Source: Macrostomum lignano
Taxonomy: Eukaryota
Reading direction: 5' to 3'
Assembly (NCBI GenBank): GCA_002269645.1
Contig: NIVC01001809.1
Span: 1 to 64,000, forward strand
Length of the DNA stretch: 64,000 nt
In this document: piece by piece, positions 41,136-53,056 of the stretch
Numbering within the stretch: the stretch's first letter is position 1
How the letters are laid out: each line of letters begins with the position of its first letter
Translations under genes and position numbers: made by a program
Notes under the pieces: generated by a model
The model's database searches: none
Told to the model about the DNA's origin: nothing
Seen by the model: the letters and a program-made list of their open reading frames with translations, nothing else

Positions 41136-41917
41136 TTAAAGGATCATCGGACATCTCAGTTCACAGTCATCACTCAAAGATTTAAGGTAGACTTTTAAAA
41201 CGCCTTCAACAAACGCAGACGACACATTTGAATTACGAGAGTCAACAGCAACAGTAGCCGAAGACTTAATCAAGGCTAAAATGTTTTCTAGAGTCGAAAG
41301 CTGACGCACATGTAGCGAGTCATCTTTGAGCAGGTGTTTAAACATGCTATCAGAGCAAGAAAGGCTAGAGATGAAGACTTGGAAGGTAAGGTCCTGCAGT
41401 ACTGTCATTGAGGAAAGCAGACAAGGAGCTGAAATTGAGTGAGATCTTTTTATTAAGTAAAAAGAGACTGAATCAGCTTCTGTACGTCTGACGAATCCAG
41501 AGGGAATCGTAGCTTGCGCCAGCTTTTGAATCAAATCGCTGAAATCGAAAATCGTCGAATCGTCGGAGCCAAGACAGTCGCTGATTTCCTCATCTAAGCG
41601 GACTTTGTTTCCCATGAAGCTCTTTTTGATTTTTTACCTGCTTACCTGCTTACCTGCTTTTTTACCTTCAAATTGTGATGGAACTGCATCGTCTTTCAGT
41701 CGAATGAGATGCAGCTTCGAATCAGAAAATCAGAAAATCAGAAATGCTTCGAGCAGACGCGTTAAAATTCGGAAGCATTCAAATCAGCATTTGGAATGGC
41801 GCGAAGCCAGCGCTGTCGCAAGTTGGTGTCTTTAGGGAAAGCATAATGGCTCACATTTTCTGTCTTCTGCGACGCGTAGCCAGATTTTCAGCTAAATACA
41901 CAGCACTTGTAACCCAT
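41136..41917 (-). mobile_element. Degenerate THAP-domain transposon 5' fragment (P/THAP9-like)
   Basis: From ATG at 41917: MGYKCCVFS*KSGY...HYAFPKDTNLRQRWLRAIP...RVCSKHF...LKDDAVPSQF, a THAP C2CH plus AVP motif with stops, followed by ORF 41615..41136. Confidence 0.8.
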
Positions 41918-42229
41918 TATGATGCTTGCAAATTAGAGGATTTTCAGTTTGATTCTGAACACACGAAATCTTCTTAAATGCAGCTCGATAGGGGTATAAG
42001 AGTTATGTGTGCATTCAACAGTGCGTCATCATGTGTTTAGAATCATGTACAGTCATGTACGGTGCGCCCCTTTCATATTAAAACAGTCTTTATTTGGACA
42101 CTGATTTTCTCTGCACTCTATTCTGTCAGGCCACTCAACCCCTTCTCTATTAATCCTTCCGCTTCCTTCCTCCTTTTTCGAGTCGCTTTGCTAGTCGCTT
42201 TGCTTAGATATCTTCTAGAATCTAGATAG

Positions 42230-42381
<152 letters not shown>

Positions 42382-42949
42382 ATAGCCTGGGTTGGACCGG
42401 CCTCGATGGCATGAATATCGTAGTATCACTTCCAGGTCTTTAGGATTCCCTGGTCAGCTGCCTCCCCTTATCATCATATTTGGAGGTTCCTCTTTCGTGT
42501 GTGAGTTTTGGACACGCTTTTCCTACCAATACGCTGCATGCAGCTACATGCACTCATTGGTTCGTGTGAGGGTTAGAAGATTTCTTCCCTGGCCCTGTCA
42601 GCCCTCCATATGTGCAGGGCTGCGTACACTCTCTTCGACAAGCCTCCACTCTGCTGTGCAGTTTTGTGCTGTGCCTTGACGTCTGGCTTTTTTCTCCCAG
42701 CCTTACATCCAAGCCAGCGTTTGGTACTTCTGTAGCAGCCCGCCGCTGCTCTTGGCTAGCTTGAACTGCTGCCCCTCTGCGGTCTGCTGTCTCTCCTGTC
42801 TGCTTTTGCAAGTTCCACCTTCTCCGCGCCCTGCGAGTCTCTGCCTGCCGAATTCATAATTGGTGAGTGCTGCTCTGCGTTCCTTCCAGTCTGCTGGGCT
42901 GGCATTGGAGTGAGTTGTCAATTAGGCTTGCAATTGGGGACGCTTTCAT

Positions 42950-43135
42950 AAGACCTAAATTTCACAACGCCTAAAACCACTACACTTCACATCGCCTAAA
43001 TTTCATATCGTCTAAATTTCACAACGCCTAAAATATTTGCACGCTCCTTCACATTCAGTTTTAGGCGTTATGAAATTTAGGCGTTGTGAAGGAGGCTGCA
43101 TTTTCGATTTTAGGCGTTGTGAAACTTACGCGTTG
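42950..43135. mobile_element. Small palindromic MITE-like element
   Basis: AATTTCACAACGCCTAAAA occurs twice on the left and its reverse complement TTTTAGGCGTTGTGAAA two to three times on the right. Confidence 0.5.
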
Positions 43136-44058
43136 TTAGCTCGTAAATTAAAGCATTGTGTTCAGAATTTTCTGTGAATTTTTTCGAAAGTAGCCAGAAC
43201 GACAGTTAATTGCAGCACATTTTTGCATATGTTTACAACTCGTCAATCACATCCTTGAACAAGCGTTCCTTTAGACTTTCAGGCAAATGAGGGCTAACTG
43301 TACACTTGAGCTGTGTCTAAACATAGGTCTTTGTACACTTAACAAGCACTTCTTATTACAGATTATTATAGATATGGGCTGCGCCCACTGTGGGTAAACT
43401 CTTTCATACGAGCGTAATCCCACAGTCCCAGTCTCTATTAAAGTTGGGAGAATATGAAAAAACGCCTTCATACACCGGAACCCGAAAAATTCGCGCTTAG
43501 AAAAGCCTTCCCTTCCAGGTTAATACGCAGTCAAGATTACTTATTGGTGCTTATTTGTGCAGGGAACTTCTCTCCTGTTTTTGTTTTGCTTTGACCAGCA
43601 AGAGCACTCTGCTATGCATTTCTGTGCTGCGCTTTGACGGACCTGGCCTTTTTCTCCCAGCCTTCCCTCCAACCAGCGTTTAATACTTCTGTAGCAGCCC
43701 CCTGCTCTGCCTGGAATTTCTGTCCGTCTGCTTTTGAGTGTTCCGCCTTCTCTGCGGCCTGCGAGTCTCTGTCACTATGGTCTGTCATTCATAGGTGTAT
43801 TGGGGTAGGCAGAAGGAGGGGAGACAGAAGGAGTGTCACAGCACTGATCACAGTGCTCAGGTCCCAGCAAAGTGACAGCTCATAGGGCTCTCTTCCTCCC
43901 CTCCTTCTCCCTCCCTCTCATCCTCCTCCCTCCGTCCCCTACTTCTTCTTTCTTTATCTCCCTCCCCTCCTTCTCCCTCCCTGCCCTCCTTTCTCCCTCT
44001 CAGTTCCCTTCCTCCTTCTAAACACCGCTTTTTAACCTCAACACCCCTCACCAGAACT

Positions 44059-47000
44059 ATGGGCCAAAATCAAAGCCGCCATCAGGCCTTCAGCACCGAC
44101 AACATCACGCCGACTGCTGCAACCCATGCAAACTTCTGCGACATCGTCCGAGCTACTCTACGTGCCGCATCTCAAAATCGCTTTGATGACGTCCAGTTTT
44201 TCGTATCACAAATCAATGACCAATCAAATAAAGAAGCCTGCTGCATCAAGGCTGCCGAAAAAGCTGCAATGAATGATCATTTTCAAATCGTCCAGTTTCT
44301 CGTACCGCTAATCAATGACCAATCAAATAAAGACGCCTGCTGCATCAGGGCTGCCGAAGAGGCTGCAATCCGTGGTTACTTTCAAATCGTCCAGTTCCTC
44401 GTACAACTAATTAATGACCAATCCAATAAAGACGCCTGCTGCATCAAGGCTGCAGAAAATGCTGCATTCATGGGTCACTTTCAAGCCGTCGAGTTCCTCG
44501 TACCACTAATCAATGACCAATCAAATAAAGAAGCCTGCTGCATCAAGGCTGCCGAAAAAGCTGCAATGAATGATCATTTTCAAATCGTCCAGTTTCTCGT
44601 ACCGCTAATCAATGACCAATCAAATAAAGACGCCTGCTGCATCAGGGCTGCCGAAGAGGCTGCAATCCGTGGTTACTTTCAAATCGTCCAGTTCCTCGTA
44701 CAACTAATTAATGACCAATCCAATAAAGACGCCTGCTGCATCAAGGCTGCAGAAAATGCTGCATTCATGGGTCACTTTCAAGCCGTCGAGTTCCTCGTAC
44801 CACTAATCAATGACCAATCAAATAAAGAAGCCTGCTGCATCAAGGCTGCCGAAAAAGCTGCAATGAATGATCATTTTCAAATCGTCCAGTTTCTCGTACC
44901 GCTAATCAATGACCAATCAAATAAAGACGCCTGCTGCATCAGGGCTGCCGAAGAGGCTGCAATCCGTGGTTACTTTCAAATCGTCCAGTTCCTCGTACAA
45001 CTAATTAATGACCAATCCAATAAAGACGCCTGCTGCATCAAGGCTGCAGAAAATGCTGCATTCATGGGTCACTTTCAAGCCGTCGAGTTCCTCGTACCAC
45101 TAATCAATGACCAATCAAATAAAGAAGCCTGCTGCATCAAGGCTGCCGAAAAAGCTGCAATGAATGATCATTTTCAAATCGTCCAGTTTCTCGTACCGCT
45201 AATCAATGACCAATCAAATAAAGACGCCTGCTGCATCAGGGCTGCCGAAGAGGCTGCAATCCGTGGTTACTTTCAAATCGTCCAGTTCCTCGTACAACTA
45301 ATTAATGACCAATCCAATAAAGACGCCTGCTGCATCAAGGCTGCAGAAAATGCTGCATTCATGGGTCACTTTCAAGCCGTCGAGTTCCTCGTACCACTAA
45401 TCAATGACCAATCAAACAGAGACGCCTTCTGCATCGAGGCTGCAGAAAAAGCTGCAGACAATGGTCACTTTCAAATCGTCCAGTTCCTTATCTCGTGTCT
45501 CTCTAGTTCCCATCAGAGAGAAAATCTCCGCTTCCAATGCGTACTCAAAGCTTGCTCTCGTCTGCGCGAAGATGCAGTTGCCTCCCTCGGCCTCGAGCCC
45601 AAATGGCTCTTCCAATCCACCACCATCCTCAGGTTCACTGCAGCAATGGCCATCGAAGGCAGGAACTCTGTTCTCACCGACACCCTCTCTCGAATGCAGC
45701 CAGCTCGCATCACACAGCTGCTCCGTCTCTCTATCACTCAAAGACACGTCGCTCTTGCTGTCACGCTGATCAATCATGAGCGAGTCAGCACACAGCTTGT
45801 CGATCTGCCAGACAGCACTGGAGCCACTGCTCTCATGCTGGCAGCTGATGCAGGTCATCACGAGCTCATTGAGAAACTCATCGATCTCGGTGCGTCAGTG
45901 CGTGCTGAAGACAGTCAGGGTCGGACTGCTCTGTCACGAGCGTGCGAAGCCGGTCACGTGCGAGCAGCCAAGGCTCTGATGGATGCAGGAGCGGATGCCA
46001 ACCATCGAGACAATCACGGCCTCACCTGTGCGCAACTCGCACAAAGATTCGACCAGCGGCAGGTGCTCCGCCTGCTGAATCCCACCGAGTCAGTTCCCAT
46101 TAATTGCCATTCCACTTCCTATCACTTCAATTCCTCACCTCGCTTTCATTCACACATTCCAGAAAACAACAGCACACCCACACAACCGCTCAAAGCCGCT
46201 CAATGTGAGTCTCATTCTCCTTGGCCCACTCTGCAAATATGCACTCTCACCTCTCCCACCCACCACGCTATCCTTCCAGACTCTCTGACAAAGAGCTGCA
46301 TCAACTGCTCAGCGATGCAGGATTCACCCAGCAGAGAGCAAAGTGTCAGCAAAACCTGGCTGACTGGCTACAAGAAGTCGCTCGAGTCCTCACACAGGAT
46401 CACAGGCGAATGACCGGCAGCTACGCAGAGGGCTGGGCAAACAGTCTGGTGCAAGTCAACGGCAGGACAGCTGCAGACTCCGACATTGACTGGACTGTGC
46501 TGGTTGCTGGGCAAATGTTCCATCTGGAAGGTGGCTGCGACAGAAAAGGTTCCTGCGGCTACGACACTCCGCTCAAGGTCAAGGAGGGCCACGCACAAGT
46601 GGCAGTCGGAGCAGGTCAGTGACGCTGCGCTCATCATCACAATGCCGCAATCCCCAATCCAAGCCCCCGTCAACTTTGCTCAATTTTTTATTCGATACCT
46701 GAACTTCAGAGCTCACAAGTTCAACCTGAGTTTGAGACCTGGCTGACATTCCTTTCAGGACTCATTTCGCTTTGAATAAAATTTCTGGCAAGCAATCACT
46801 CAACTAAAGTCCCAGCAATTGCACTGCCTCACCACCTCAGAGGTTATTAAACAATTATGAAGCAATGCCTTGCTTTCTCTTTGCCCTAAAATAATTTTTC
46901 TCTTTCTCCGCCCATCATCAACTCCATAGCGGTGCGCCTGCATGCATTTCAACGAATACTTTGCTTCATTCACTGATTGCAGTAGTAGCACTGACACACG

Positions 47001-48688
47001 AACTCAACCAACACATTCAAGCAGTTGCAAACCAATCCATCTTGTTCACTCGCCACACTGCCACTCTCCGCTCACTGCGCTCTACAGGCAGCCAACCTGC
47101 TGTGACAGCCACGGCGTGCGGTGTGCGGCCTGCACAGGACACGTGCCATGCGATCCACTGCTGCAGCAGCTTCTGTGTAGGCAGAGTTAGAAAACTAATT
47201 AAAAACGATAATTGTGTTCACCTCGTTCGCGCGACCAGACCGAGCTCGACCAACGAGCTCAGAGTGAGCTTCAGCTTCCAAGAGAAAGACATCATGAGAC
47301 GGCTGAGCACAGTCCAGGGCCAGCTGTTCACACTCATCAAGTTCATCTTCAAGAGACACTTGCCGCTCACTCTGGACACACCTGGACTCAAGACCTACCA
47401 TGCAAAGACTCTGCTCTTCGCAATGCTGGAGAGGTATGGCAAAAGTCCTGAAACTGAGGCTTGGCAGCCCCACAATCTGATCGCTCTGCTCAAGGAGTCG
47501 CTCGACATGATGCTTAAATTTATGAGGTCAAGGAGGTCGCCCAATGAGTGCATGCCGCACTTCTTCATGCCCGACGCTCCGCTCTACTTCAAGAACGCTG
47601 GAATCGGCGACGACTTCGACAACACGAAAGCGAGGGTTCGAGACCGACTTTGTGAGCTGAGAAGCGACATCGGCGGAGTGGTCGACCAGCTGAGAAAACA
47701 CGTGAGACCTCTGCAGTCAGAGAAGTTCTACTTTCACCCGTTCACTCTGCTTCCTCTAACAGCGCCGCCTGCTGTCACGAAGATCCGGGAAAGAAGTGAA
47801 TGTCCCAAAAAGTACTACAAGTTCGCAGATGTGTACAGTGTGGTGCACGAGTGTGTGAGCGAGCTGCAGTCGGAATCGAGCGACAGAAACACCCGGATGA
47901 GGCAGCTCAGTCTCCTGCATGAGCAGCAGTGGTGCAAGTGCGCCGCCCTGTGCATGACCGCCATGACGCATTTGAAGTTCGGAGAATCTGAGGAGGCTGA
48001 GAGACTCGCGATGGAGCTGCAGAGACATCAGCTTGAGTCAGGGTTGAAGCCGCAGAATATTCGAGATGAGAGTCGCAAATGGAGTTTGAGTGATATAAAA
48101 CTGCCAGAATACTCAGACTGGGCGTGGAGGTTCTGCCTCCCCTGCGACTCTCCGCCTCGCTTCCCATTCCTTCCCGAGTTCACGCAGACTCTGTTCACAG
48201 CCAGACTGTCGCAGCCTCTCTCCTCCCACCTGTACGTGAACTTCCGCTGCCTGAGCTGGAGTCTCCAAGCTGAGCTGCTTCGCAATCGCGCACCTGCAAT
48301 CGCATTCGATCATTGGATTGAACAGCTGCTTGGAGACCCGGACTTGGAGGAGCTGCTCACTCTGGCTCACTACAGCGACTGCCGCGAGCACGTGGAGCTC
48401 AGCCTGCAGCAGATGGAGATGATCGAGAAAGAGAGACGCGTCGCCATGGAGACGCAGGACGAGGAGAAGATCGTCTGGGTCAGGCAGAAGCGGTGGCGAG
48501 TTTCGAACCGCAGTGGCAGCGACAGCGGCGCTCACCGCAGCAGGGAAGATGAGGAGCGGAGGCTGTGGGCGAGGGCGAGGCTGCGGCGAGACGGGGCCGA
48601 TTTGGGTCGCCTGGTTGCCATGGAAACTGCAGCGGAGCAGAGAGACAGCTGGACTCACGCCAAGCTCAGTCGGATGAGACTGCAGTAA
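44059..48688 (+). CDS. Ankyrin-repeat / Mab-21 (cGAS-like receptor, cGLR) fusion protein, copy 1, 1321 aa
   Basis: join(44059..46088,46280..46614,47088..48688) = 3966 nt with canonical GT-AG introns and a continuous frame. Contains 13 x 33-aa AAxxGHxxIVxFL repeats and about 3 canonical ANK repeats (TALMLAADAGH, GRTALSRACEAGH). NTase motifs TGSYAEG...SDIDWTVLV and QDTCHAI; Mab-21 motifs HLV...LRVSFSFQEK, LKTYHAKTLLF, W...NL and PHFFMP. Confidence 0.88.
44215..45501 (+). repeat. Coding 99-bp ankyrin-like array, 13 units, organised as (ABC)x4 + D
   Basis: AAGAAGCC recurs at 44231, 44528, 44825 and 45122 (297-bp period). Confidence 0.95.
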
Positions 48689-49304
48689 CCTGAGGACTTC
48701 GTTGCTCAGATTTTCAAGTTTTGCTGGACTGGAATTTGAGACGATAACTGTGTACTTTTACTGCTTTGCTGTAAACTGTCTGTAGATTTCCCTTCCCTTC
48801 CAGCCATCGAGTGCGAGCAGCCCTCCTGCTGTGAACTGCAGTTTTGTACTTTTGTGCTGCAATTCAATTCGCACTGCATGCTGAATTACCTTTTCTGTTC
48901 AAACTGCGTGTCTGCTTTGATGCGGGCTTTTCTCTGCGATTTTGTTTTGCGGACTTCAATACCCAATTTCCAATGCTTTTTAATGAAATATTTGAGCAAA
49001 AGGTACAGGCAGCAGTTGTCTGCATGAAGCCAGAAATTTCAAAGGTCGGCTGGGTCCGGGAGAAACTGGAGAGACTTGATGCAGCAGCTTGAGCTGAACT
49101 CCTAATTTTGTAAGCTTCTCTGGTTTCCGCACGAGCCGTTTGAGAAATTTTACTGCATATGTTTGAGATAGATATTTAATATGTACTTTTACGGCTTAAT
49201 AATACAGTGCGTACTTTCTCCTGGATTATTTAATCACCTGATCTGGAAATCAGCTCAATCAGTCTGCAAATTGATTTCATCATGTGCTCATGTACCCTGC
49301 ATTG

Positions 49305-49540
49305 ATTGACAGCCTGACAGCTCCCTCATGAGCATTCAGTGACTGACAGCCTGACAGCTCCCTCATGAACATTCAGTGACTGACAGCCTGACAGCTCCCT
49401 CATGAACATTCAGTGACTGACAGCCTGACAGCTCCCTCATGAGCATTCAGTGACTGACAGCCTGACAGCTCCCTCATGAACATTCAGTGACTGACAGCCT
49501 GACAGCTCCCTCATGAACATTTAGTGACTGACAGCCTGAT
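49305..49540. repeat. 37-bp tandem repeat, ~6 copies
   Basis: GACTGACAGCCTGACAGCTCCCTCATGARCATTCAGT. Confidence 0.9.
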
Positions 49541-49949
49541 AGCTCGTAAGCATCAGCTACAATTCCGTTACTTTATCTAGTGCCATCATCTATTTATCTA
49601 TCTAAATAAATCTATTTTATCATAATGGTAAAAATTAAATAGAAAATTATAAAATGCTTCGATTTGTACAAGTCAATCGGTAAACTTGCTTTGGTAAAAA
49701 TTTCAGCATCTTTGTTCAGCTTAAGTTAAAAAAATTGGAAAAATTCGTGTATGAATATTTTGAATATTTTGAATACATTACGAGCGTATGTTGCTCTTAG
49801 TACCACAAGTCTAAACACAATTTTTGATGTTTTGGACCTACAAAACAAATTTTATTAATTTCATTCTTGGCTTCGTACCTGCAAAATCCGTAATGTAAAT
49901 CAACCTGCCCACCATCTGACGGTTGGCAGAGGATCTCGGACTGCAGGAC

Positions 49950-50330
49950 CGCCACTGACTCACCTGTATTGGCGCCACTGACTCATCTGTATTGGTGCCA
50001 TGACTCATCTGTATTGGCGCCACTGACTCATCTGTATTGGCGCCACTGACTCATCTGTATTGGCGCCACTGACTCATCTGTATTGGCGCCACTGACTCAT
50101 CTGTATTGGCGCCACTGACTCATCTGTATTGGCGCCACTGACTCATCTGTATTGGCGCCACTGACTCATCTGTATTGGCGCCACTGACTCATCTGTATTG
50201 GCGCCACTGACTCATCTGTATTGGCGCCACTGACTCATCTGTATTGGCGCCACTGACTCATCTGTATTGGCGCCACTGACTCATCTGTATTGGCGCCACT
50301 GACTCATCTGTATTGGCGCCACTGACTCAT
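49950..50330. repeat. 23-bp tandem repeat (CGCCACTGACTCATCTGTATTGG)n, ~16 copies
   Basis: Nearly perfect units. Confidence 0.95.
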
Positions 50331-50409
50331 GTTTGGAAAATACGTGCATTCTGTCAGCTGCCTGCATCTGCTCAGACATAAACCAACCGAAATCCTTTGA
50401 GTGCTCGAC

Positions 50410-51072
50410 TCATTCAGAATTCTGAGCTCTCTTCACTTTGACGGATTCGAAACTCCGCCTGAACTCGTGTGGAAAAGTGCAGTCCCTGAAAACCATGGAT
50501 CCCATTTTGTTTGGAGCCTCAGCAACTCCAGCTTCATTTGAAAACCCACAGATTCGGCCAATTGAACAAATGCGAACCTTGAACAGAAAGGAGCAGTGCA
50601 CAGAAGTGAAAAAATATTCAACATATTTGTAAGCACTGAATAGTCGGAGATACTCATTAGATGCGAACTTATCTGGTCCATCTGATCTGTCAATCACGCA
50701 TTTATTGTAGTTAAATGTTAGTGGCCACCTTTGACGATTTCCGGACAAGTGCCTTAAAGAATGGTCCATGGTTGCAAATAGCGTTCGCACTCTCGTTGCA
50801 CAAACAGGTGAGTTGGCAGTTTGAAATGAAAACAGCCCCAGTCTGGGGTGCCGCAGCTTTCCTCGCGATAGCAACTGGTAAATTCACCGGCTGTCGGTGC
50901 CTTTAATTTCTAGATCTCCTTGATACAGATTGAGCCTGAGAAAGTTCCATTTAGTGACACCGCTACCTGGTACTTTAGTACAGCAATCAGTACAGTTATT
51001 CGGGGACTGTGCTAATGCCATCAGCATTTGATGCGCAGTATTATGGTGACAGTAATCTTCACAAAGTTCCAC
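50410..51072 (-). mobile_element. Probable P/THAP9-like transposase C-terminal fragment
   Basis: Contains NCTDCC (CxxC) followed by LSRGKLRHP, resembling the RGxLxxPS motif of P-like transposase C-termini; in-frame stop present. Confidence 0.45.
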
Positions 51073-51304
51073 CTTTGGTGCCAGAACAAAAATCGGTCTG
51101 TCAGAAACTGCAGTCGAAATTTCTCCGGTCCGGTTTCACAGCTTTGCCAAAGTAACTTCCCAACCCTGTTAATTTCAACTAAACCAGATACCAAGTTTTA
51201 CTTTTAGCTTTTCTGAAAGTCATGCAAACAGACTGCTGGGCATGGGGGGCGCGGCTGACAGATTTGAATTCTGGCTGGCTGCTTGCGTTTTTATCGATGA
51301 GTGA

Positions 51305-51620
51305 TCTAGGGGTATCTATGGGTAATCTAGGGGATCTCTATGGGTAATCTAGGGGTATCTATGGGTAATCTAGGGGTATCTATGGGTAATCTAGGGGTAT
51401 CTATGGGTAATCTAGGGGTATCTATGGCTAATCTAGGGTATCTATGGGTAATCTAGGGGTATCTATGGGTAATCTAGGGGTATCTATGGCTAATCTAGGG
51501 GTATCTATGGGTAATCTAGGGGTATCTATGGCTAATCTAGGGTATCTATGGGTAATCTAGGGGTATCTATGGGTAATCTAGGGGTATCTATGGCTAATCT
51601 AGGGGTATCTATGGAATCTA
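51305..51620. repeat. 21-bp minisatellite (GGGGTATCTATGGGTAATCTA)n
   Basis: About 15 units. Confidence 0.95.
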
Positions 51621-51629
51621 AGTGAGGCC

Positions 51630-51997
51630 CGGCAGCAGCCCAGGACAGCAGCGCCATCAGCAGCAGCCGCCTCCTGCAGCTGCAGTAGCGCATTGAGGAT
51701 CGCCAGAAGCCCTACCCGGTTCTGGCCAGTGATGGCAACAGGGAAATCGAATGGCCTCACGATCTGCTCAAGCTGACCAGGGCCTCCCCGCCTCTCATAT
51801 TCAGCTCGGCCAGGGCCCCAGCCGATAAGTCGTTCAATTCTACCACCGCATCTACTACTAGCGTCAGTAGTAAGAAAAAGAAAAATAAAACTCCGTCCAC
51901 CGCTGCTTCTGCGCAAAAGAACAGCGGTGGAAAATCTGCGTCAACTGTTATGACGACTAGGAGCAGAAGCAAGCAGCTGCAGCAAGGGGGAGAAAAG
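51630..51997 (+). pseudogene. Duplicated, 5'-truncated pseudo-exon of the GPATCH8-like gene
   Basis: Homologous to ~32415..32776 (RIEDRQKPYPVLASDGNREIEWPHDLLKLTRASPPLIFS). CAG>TAG stop at 51686..51688; donor and downstream intron sequence are retained. Confidence 0.85.
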
Positions 51998-52089
51998 GTC
52001 AGCTGAGTATTTGTTGCTGCTTTATACTACTTATAATAAGTAGTTTCTTTTTTGTTTTCATGAGATTTAGTGTCAAAACTGGAGTTCTC

Positions 52090-52370
52090 CCCAATTCCAC
52101 TTTAAAATCTCCCCTCCCCCCAGTGCCCCATCAGAATCTCCTACCAATGCCACATCAGAATCTCCCACCAATGCCCCATCAGAATCTCCCCCAGTGCCCC
52201 ATCAGAATCTCCCCCAATGCCTCATCAGAATCTCCCCCAATGCCTCATCAGAATCTCCCCCAATGCCCCATCAGAATCTCCCCCAATGCCTCATCAGAAT
52301 CTCCCCCCTCCGAATGCCCCATCAGAATCTCCCCTCTCCCAATGCCCCATCAGAATCTCCCCCAATTTCG
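52090..52370. repeat. ~23-bp minisatellite (CCCCAATGCCCCATCAGAATCT)n, homologous to 32900..33322
   Basis: Same position relative to the duplicated exon, with a related but distinct unit. Confidence 0.85.
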
Positions 52371-53056
52371 AACCACAGTGCATGCAAATTTTCGCGTGAG
52401 GCAGACACGTTTCGGCTGAGCTGCCCAGCCTCTCAATTGCAGTCTCGGGCTTCATCAGTTGTTTATCATTAAAGTACAGCCGAGCTCTGGCAGCCCATCT
52501 CTGTTCTATCCAGCTCTCGGCCACAGCAATGCACTGCATTTTGCATTCCTGCTAACAATGGTTGATAGCAATGGCTTATTTATGATAGAATAAGGCAGTC
52601 TTGAGCCGTAGGGAGCGGGTGGGTAGAGAGGCCAGCTCAAACTCAAGCAGCAATTATCTCTGCTCGCTCGCTATTCTCAGGCCAGCGCACCGCTCTGCCA
52701 GCCTCCCTGCGGTTTAGAGGCGAGCTCTGTCCAGGCTTTGCGGTTGCCAGGGGCAACCTACTCTGTTTTGAGTAGTGAGCTGGATGGAGCTTCATACTAG
52801 TTGGACTTGTTAATTGTCTGAGACAGGGGTTACGGGGGGTTTGGGTGGTTGGAGAGGCCAGTATGGGGCGATTACGAACTCAAGCACTTTTCTTTTTGCA
52901 GCTGCGCGTACTGAGCTGGGTGGGGCCATTCCAGATGAAGGTCAGAGACTGCGAAAACATTTTCGGTGCTTTTCTTTTGCAACTTTGCCCCAGGAGCAGC
53001 TCTTCTTCGGGTGCAGTGGCTGCAGCGGAGGGTCAGGACAAGATTTTGGAGCTGCA

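Noticed and set aside
46089-46413. C-terminal extensions of ORFs 44059..46413 and 56152..58908, and N-terminal extensions of 46961.. and 60720..
   Set aside because: Read-through into introns; canonical splice sites give a continuous ANK-Mab-21 frame instead.
47215-47232. VHLV (copy 1) vs VDLV (copy 2) as complementary loss of the third catalytic Asp
   Set aside because: This strand precedes LRVSFS and aligns with the cGAS YLVPK...WRLSFS strand. The better third-Asp candidate is QDTCHAI, intact in both copies.
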